Positions 60,556-64,000 of a stretch of 64,000 bases of DNA are shown here, in pieces. The notes below the pieces were generated by a model. The model had not been told where the DNA came from. It worked only from the letters and a program-made list of their open reading frames with translations, and made no database searches. Each line of letters begins with the position of its first letter. Within the stretch, counting starts at the first letter, position 1. This stretch comes from Scenedesmus sp. PABB004. Taxonomy: Eukaryota. The position numbers were made by a program, and so were the translations under genes. The stretch is from contig CM026547.1 of NCBI GenBank assembly GCA_014905635.1, positions 992,001 through 1,056,000 on the forward strand, read 5' to 3'.

Positions 60556-62593
60556 GCGGCCGCTGAAGCTGGGCTCGCTGCAGGAGTTTGTCTACCACGT
60601 GGCCGACACCAACGAGATGGGCAGCGGCCGCTTCCGCGCGCGCGACGTGCACGCGATCGGCATCCTCGACCTGCGCCTCTTCAACACCGACCGCCACGCG
60701 GGCAACATCCTCGTGCGCGAGCCGCCGCCCGCGCCGGCGCGCGAGCGCGAGCGCGGCGGCGGCGCCGGTGGTGGCGGCGGCGGCGGCGTGGTCGGCGTGG
60801 CCGCGGGGCACGCGCTCGTGCCGATCGACCACGGCTTCTGCCTGCCCGAGGCGCTCGAGGCGCCCTACTTTGAGTGGCTGCACTGGCCGCAGGCCTGCCT
60901 GCCGTTTGACGCCGAGGAGCTCGCCTACATCGCGCGCCTCGACGCGCGCGCCGACGTCGCGCTGCTGCAGCGGGTGCGCGCGTGCCGCCGCTGCAGCCGC
61001 CGGGCCGGGGCCGCAGCGCGCGGCGCGCGCGCACGCGCGGCAGCGCGGCAGCAGCGCTCGCATGCGCGGCCGCTCACGCGCCCCGCGCCGCGCGCAGGAG
61101 CTGCCCAACCTGCGCCCCGAGTGCCTGCGCGTGCTGGAGGTCGCGACGACGCTGCTGCAGCGCTGCGCGGCGGCGGGGCTGACGCTGGCCGACATCGGCG
61201 CGCTCGCCAGCCGCCCGCTGGACGCGCTCGATGGCGACGACAGCCGGCCCAGCGAGCTGGAGAAGGCCTGCGTGGCGGCGCGCCAGGTGGGCTGGCGCGC
61301 GCGCGCGCGCGCGCGCGCAGGGGCCGGCCGCCGGGCGCGCCTGGCGGGCCGGGGCCGGCGCGTGCGGGGCGCCGCGCGACCGCCGACGGTCGCCGCCGCT
61401 GCTGCCGCCGTGACGTCGCGCCCCGGCGCCAGGCGGTCGAGACGCGCGAGCTGACGGCCATGCTGAGCAGCTCGTGCAGCAGCGACGGCGGCTTCCCGCT
61501 GCGCGAGGAGGACGAGGAGGGCTACGAGGACAGCAGCGAGCTGGAGGAGGAGGAGCTGGAGCTGGAGGGGGGCCAGGGCCCGGCGCCGCCGCGCGCCGCG
61601 CAGCTGGTGGACCGGCAGCTCGCGCCGCCGCCGCCGCAGCAGCAGCAGCAGCAGGGGCAGGCGCAGCACCCGGGCGCCGCGCGGCCGCGCGCGCCCTCGC
61701 GCCTCGCGCTCGCCAGCGGCGGCAGCGGCGGCGCCGAAATGGCGCTCGATGGTGGCGGCGCCAAGGCGGGCAGCGGCGACCTCGGCAGCGTGATGAGCGA
61801 GGCCACGGTGTGCGGCCTCGCGACGGCGATGTCGCTCGGCAGCAACGCGCCCGGGCGCGCGTGCGGCGACGGCGAGCTGCTGTTTGACCTCGACGACGAC
61901 CCCGGCAGCAGCGGCAGCGTGGCGACGACGCCCGCGAGCGGGCGCAGCGACGCGTCGGGCCCGCCGCGCCCCGGCAGCGCCGACGTGGCCATGGGCGCGG
62001 CCGGCGCGTCGCCGCCGCCGTTGGGCGGCGCCGGCGCCGGCGCCGCCGCGCGCGCGTCGCTCGAGGCGGAGCACCTCGCCGCGCTGCTGCGCGCCGCGCC
62101 GCTGCTGCCGGACGGCAGCGCGGCGCACGGCGGCGGCGCCGCGCGGCTGAGCGTCGTCACGGCGGGCCTGCCGCCGCTCTACCCGTCGGGCCCGCTCACG
62201 CCCGGCGCGCTGCCCAGCCCGGGCCTGCCGACCGCGCGCAGCGCGCACGTCGGCGACTGGCTGCACGGCGGCCTCGCCGCGGCCAAGGCCGCGGCCGCGG
62301 CCGCGCAGGGCCGCTGCGGTCTCGCGGGCGGCAAGAAGCGCGGCGCGCCGGCGCCCGCGTCGCGGCGCCGCAGCGGCCTGCACCGCGCGATGTACCCGCC
62401 GCCGGTCGTGCGCGCCGCGCCGCGCGCGACCAACGAGGTCCTCGGCGGCCTCAGCGGCGCCGCGTGGGCGGCGTTCATGGCCGAGCTGCACGCGGTCATG
62501 GACGAGGCGCTGCGCCCGGGCGTCGGCGCGTGGCGCCGCGCGTCCGAGGCGGCCGGCCTCGGCGCGGCGGCGATGTCGTGCCCGCGCTTCTGA
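58966..62593 (+). CDS. Type II phosphatidylinositol 4-kinase (plant PI4K-gamma-like); multi-exon
   Basis: GMGGTYF, AIFKPCDEEP.APANPKG, REVAAYLLDH, KLGSLQEFV, IGILDLRLFNTDRHAGNILV, LVPIDHGFCLP, FEWLHWPQA; ends MSCPRF*. Confidence 0.93.
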
Positions 62594-63704
62594 GGGCGCC
62601 TGGGGCCCGCCCCCAGGCGGCGGGGGCGGGCCGGCGGCGGCGGCGGAACCCTAAAACCCAACAAACGTGGACCGCGTGTGGCGTCTGTTTTGCGAGTGCG
62701 GGGGAGCGCGGGGGGCCGGCGGCGCGGGGTCATTGCCCGCGGCGCCGCCCCCATCCGACTGTGGCTCTTCCCACCACGTGCACTGCCTTGACTTCAGCCC
62801 CAGTCGCCGCCCTGCAGCGGCAGGCCGCGGCGCGCGGGGGGCGCGCATGCGCGCGCGCTTGCGCGGCGCCGCCGGCCCGCGCGCGCCGCGGCGGCTGCGG
62901 CTCGACGGCCGGTCCTTCCTTGGTCGATGCACGCACGGGGCGGCGCGGGGGCGCGGGCTGCAGGCGCAGCGCCGCGCGCGCGCGCGGCGGCGGCGGCGGC
63001 GGCGAGGGGGCGGCGCGCCGCCTGGCGGCGGCGGCCGCCGCGGCCCCTCGCCGCCGTGGGCGTGCCGTGCGCCTGGGGGCCGTGCGCGTTGGCCCGACTT
63101 GTATATTCTCGCTGCCTTTGGCTCAGCGGCTGTAGACTGGCAGGACGTGCGCGCGGCGGCGGCGCGCCGGGGCGGGGGTGGCGCGGACGCACCCGCCCTC
63201 TCCCGGCCTGCCGCCCGCCCGCTCTCACTCTCTCTCTGTCGGCGTTGGCTGCCCGGCGTGCTCGCCCCTCGTCGTCGTTGCTCGTCGTCGTGGGCGTCAT
63301 TGGCCGTCGTTCCCAGGGCCGCGGCGGTGGCGGGCCGTTGATCTGTCCACACGCACGCACACAGACACACGCAAGAACGGCGCGCTCCGCGCGCGCGCGC
63401 GCCGCGCCGAGGGCCGCACCGCCCCGGCGCGCGCGCGCGCGTGCCACGGCTCCCTCTCTTCCCTTTGTACCATTCACGACGCGCACCGCGTTCGAGCGCA
63501 CTGCCGGCTCTGAGTCTCTGAGGCCCCGCGCGGCGGCGCTGCCGCGGCGCCCGCGCCGCCGCGTGGGCGGGCGGCGCCGGCGGCGGGCGCGGCGCGGCCG
63601 CGGAGGCTCCGCACAGAACAGCAGTCCCCACGGCGAGAACGGCGCATTTGTAACACCACCAACACGCTCGGCGACCCGCAGGCAACGCGCGAGCTGCTCG
63701 CGCT

Positions 63705-63775
63705 GCTGAAACGCTGCGGCGGCGCAGCGCTTCAGCGTTCGAAAACGGCGCAGCGCTTCAGCGTTCGAAAACGGC
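63705..63775. repeat. 14-bp hairpin overlapping an exact 26-bp tandem duplication
   Basis: GCTGAAACGCTGCG-GCGG-CGCAGCGCTTCAGC; unit GGCGCAGCGCTTCAGCGTTCGAAAAC x2 (63721-63772). Confidence 0.8.
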
Positions 63776-64000
63776 CGAACCGAACTGAATGCGGCACGCG
63801 CCGCCCGCCGGCCACGCCCAGCGTCGAACACGCGAACCAACGTCCCCTCAGCGCGGTCCCCGCCGCCCCCGCCCGCCCGCCAGCAGCCCTCGCGCGCTCC
63901 CGCACCGCGCCAGCGCACCGCCCGCGCGCCGCGCGCCCCCGGCCTGCGTCCAGGAGGCGATCCGTGAGCTTACCTTTGCGTGTGGACCGCTGCAGCCCCG

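Noticed and set aside
63720..63800. tRNA gene suggested by GTTCGAA
   Set aside because: No cloverleaf, A-box or acceptor stem could be built
1..64000. Apparent frameshifts implying pseudogenes, recoding or an alternative genetic code
   Set aside because: The breaks I examined are resolved by GT-AG or GC-AG introns with CTCAC/CTGAC branch-like sites; no in-frame TGA/TAG at conserved positions was seen

Overview
This is gene-dense, extremely GC-rich, intron-rich eukaryotic nuclear DNA. Short GT/GC-AG introns, TGTAA poly(A) signals and a pherophorin-like gene point to a chlorophyte green alga, probably Sphaeropleales-like (inference). About 21 spliced genes can be reconstructed by joining ORF fragments across introns. 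In order they are: ubiquilin/DSK2 (partial), POT1, NUP50, a KH-domain protein, a secreted subtilase, two GH5 glycosidases, squalene epoxidase, an MDR oxidoreductase, a plastid membrane protein, CDC14, mitochondrial uS19, MYCBP/FAP174, a GGCT-like protein, a KIF12-like kinesin, a pherophorin-TSP1-(Ser-Pro)n membrane protein, an AGTRAP-like protein, DUF2237, a METTL21-like methyltransferase, NOP2 and a type II PI4-kinase. Most long six-frame ORFs are GC artefacts. The main unexplained structures are: (1) ~360-bp inverted repeats bracketing the whole KH transcription unit; (2) a complex duplication fusing a pherophorin-TSP1 gene fragment to a copy of the NOP2 3' end; (3) frequent GC-AG introns; (4) an unrecognised Cys-containing domain shared by both GH5s, plus a likely gene-conversion tract; (5) a receptor-like pherophorin protein; (6) three cilium-linked genes within 11 kb. 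All calls come from motif recognition by eye. No searches were run, and exon boundaries are approximate.
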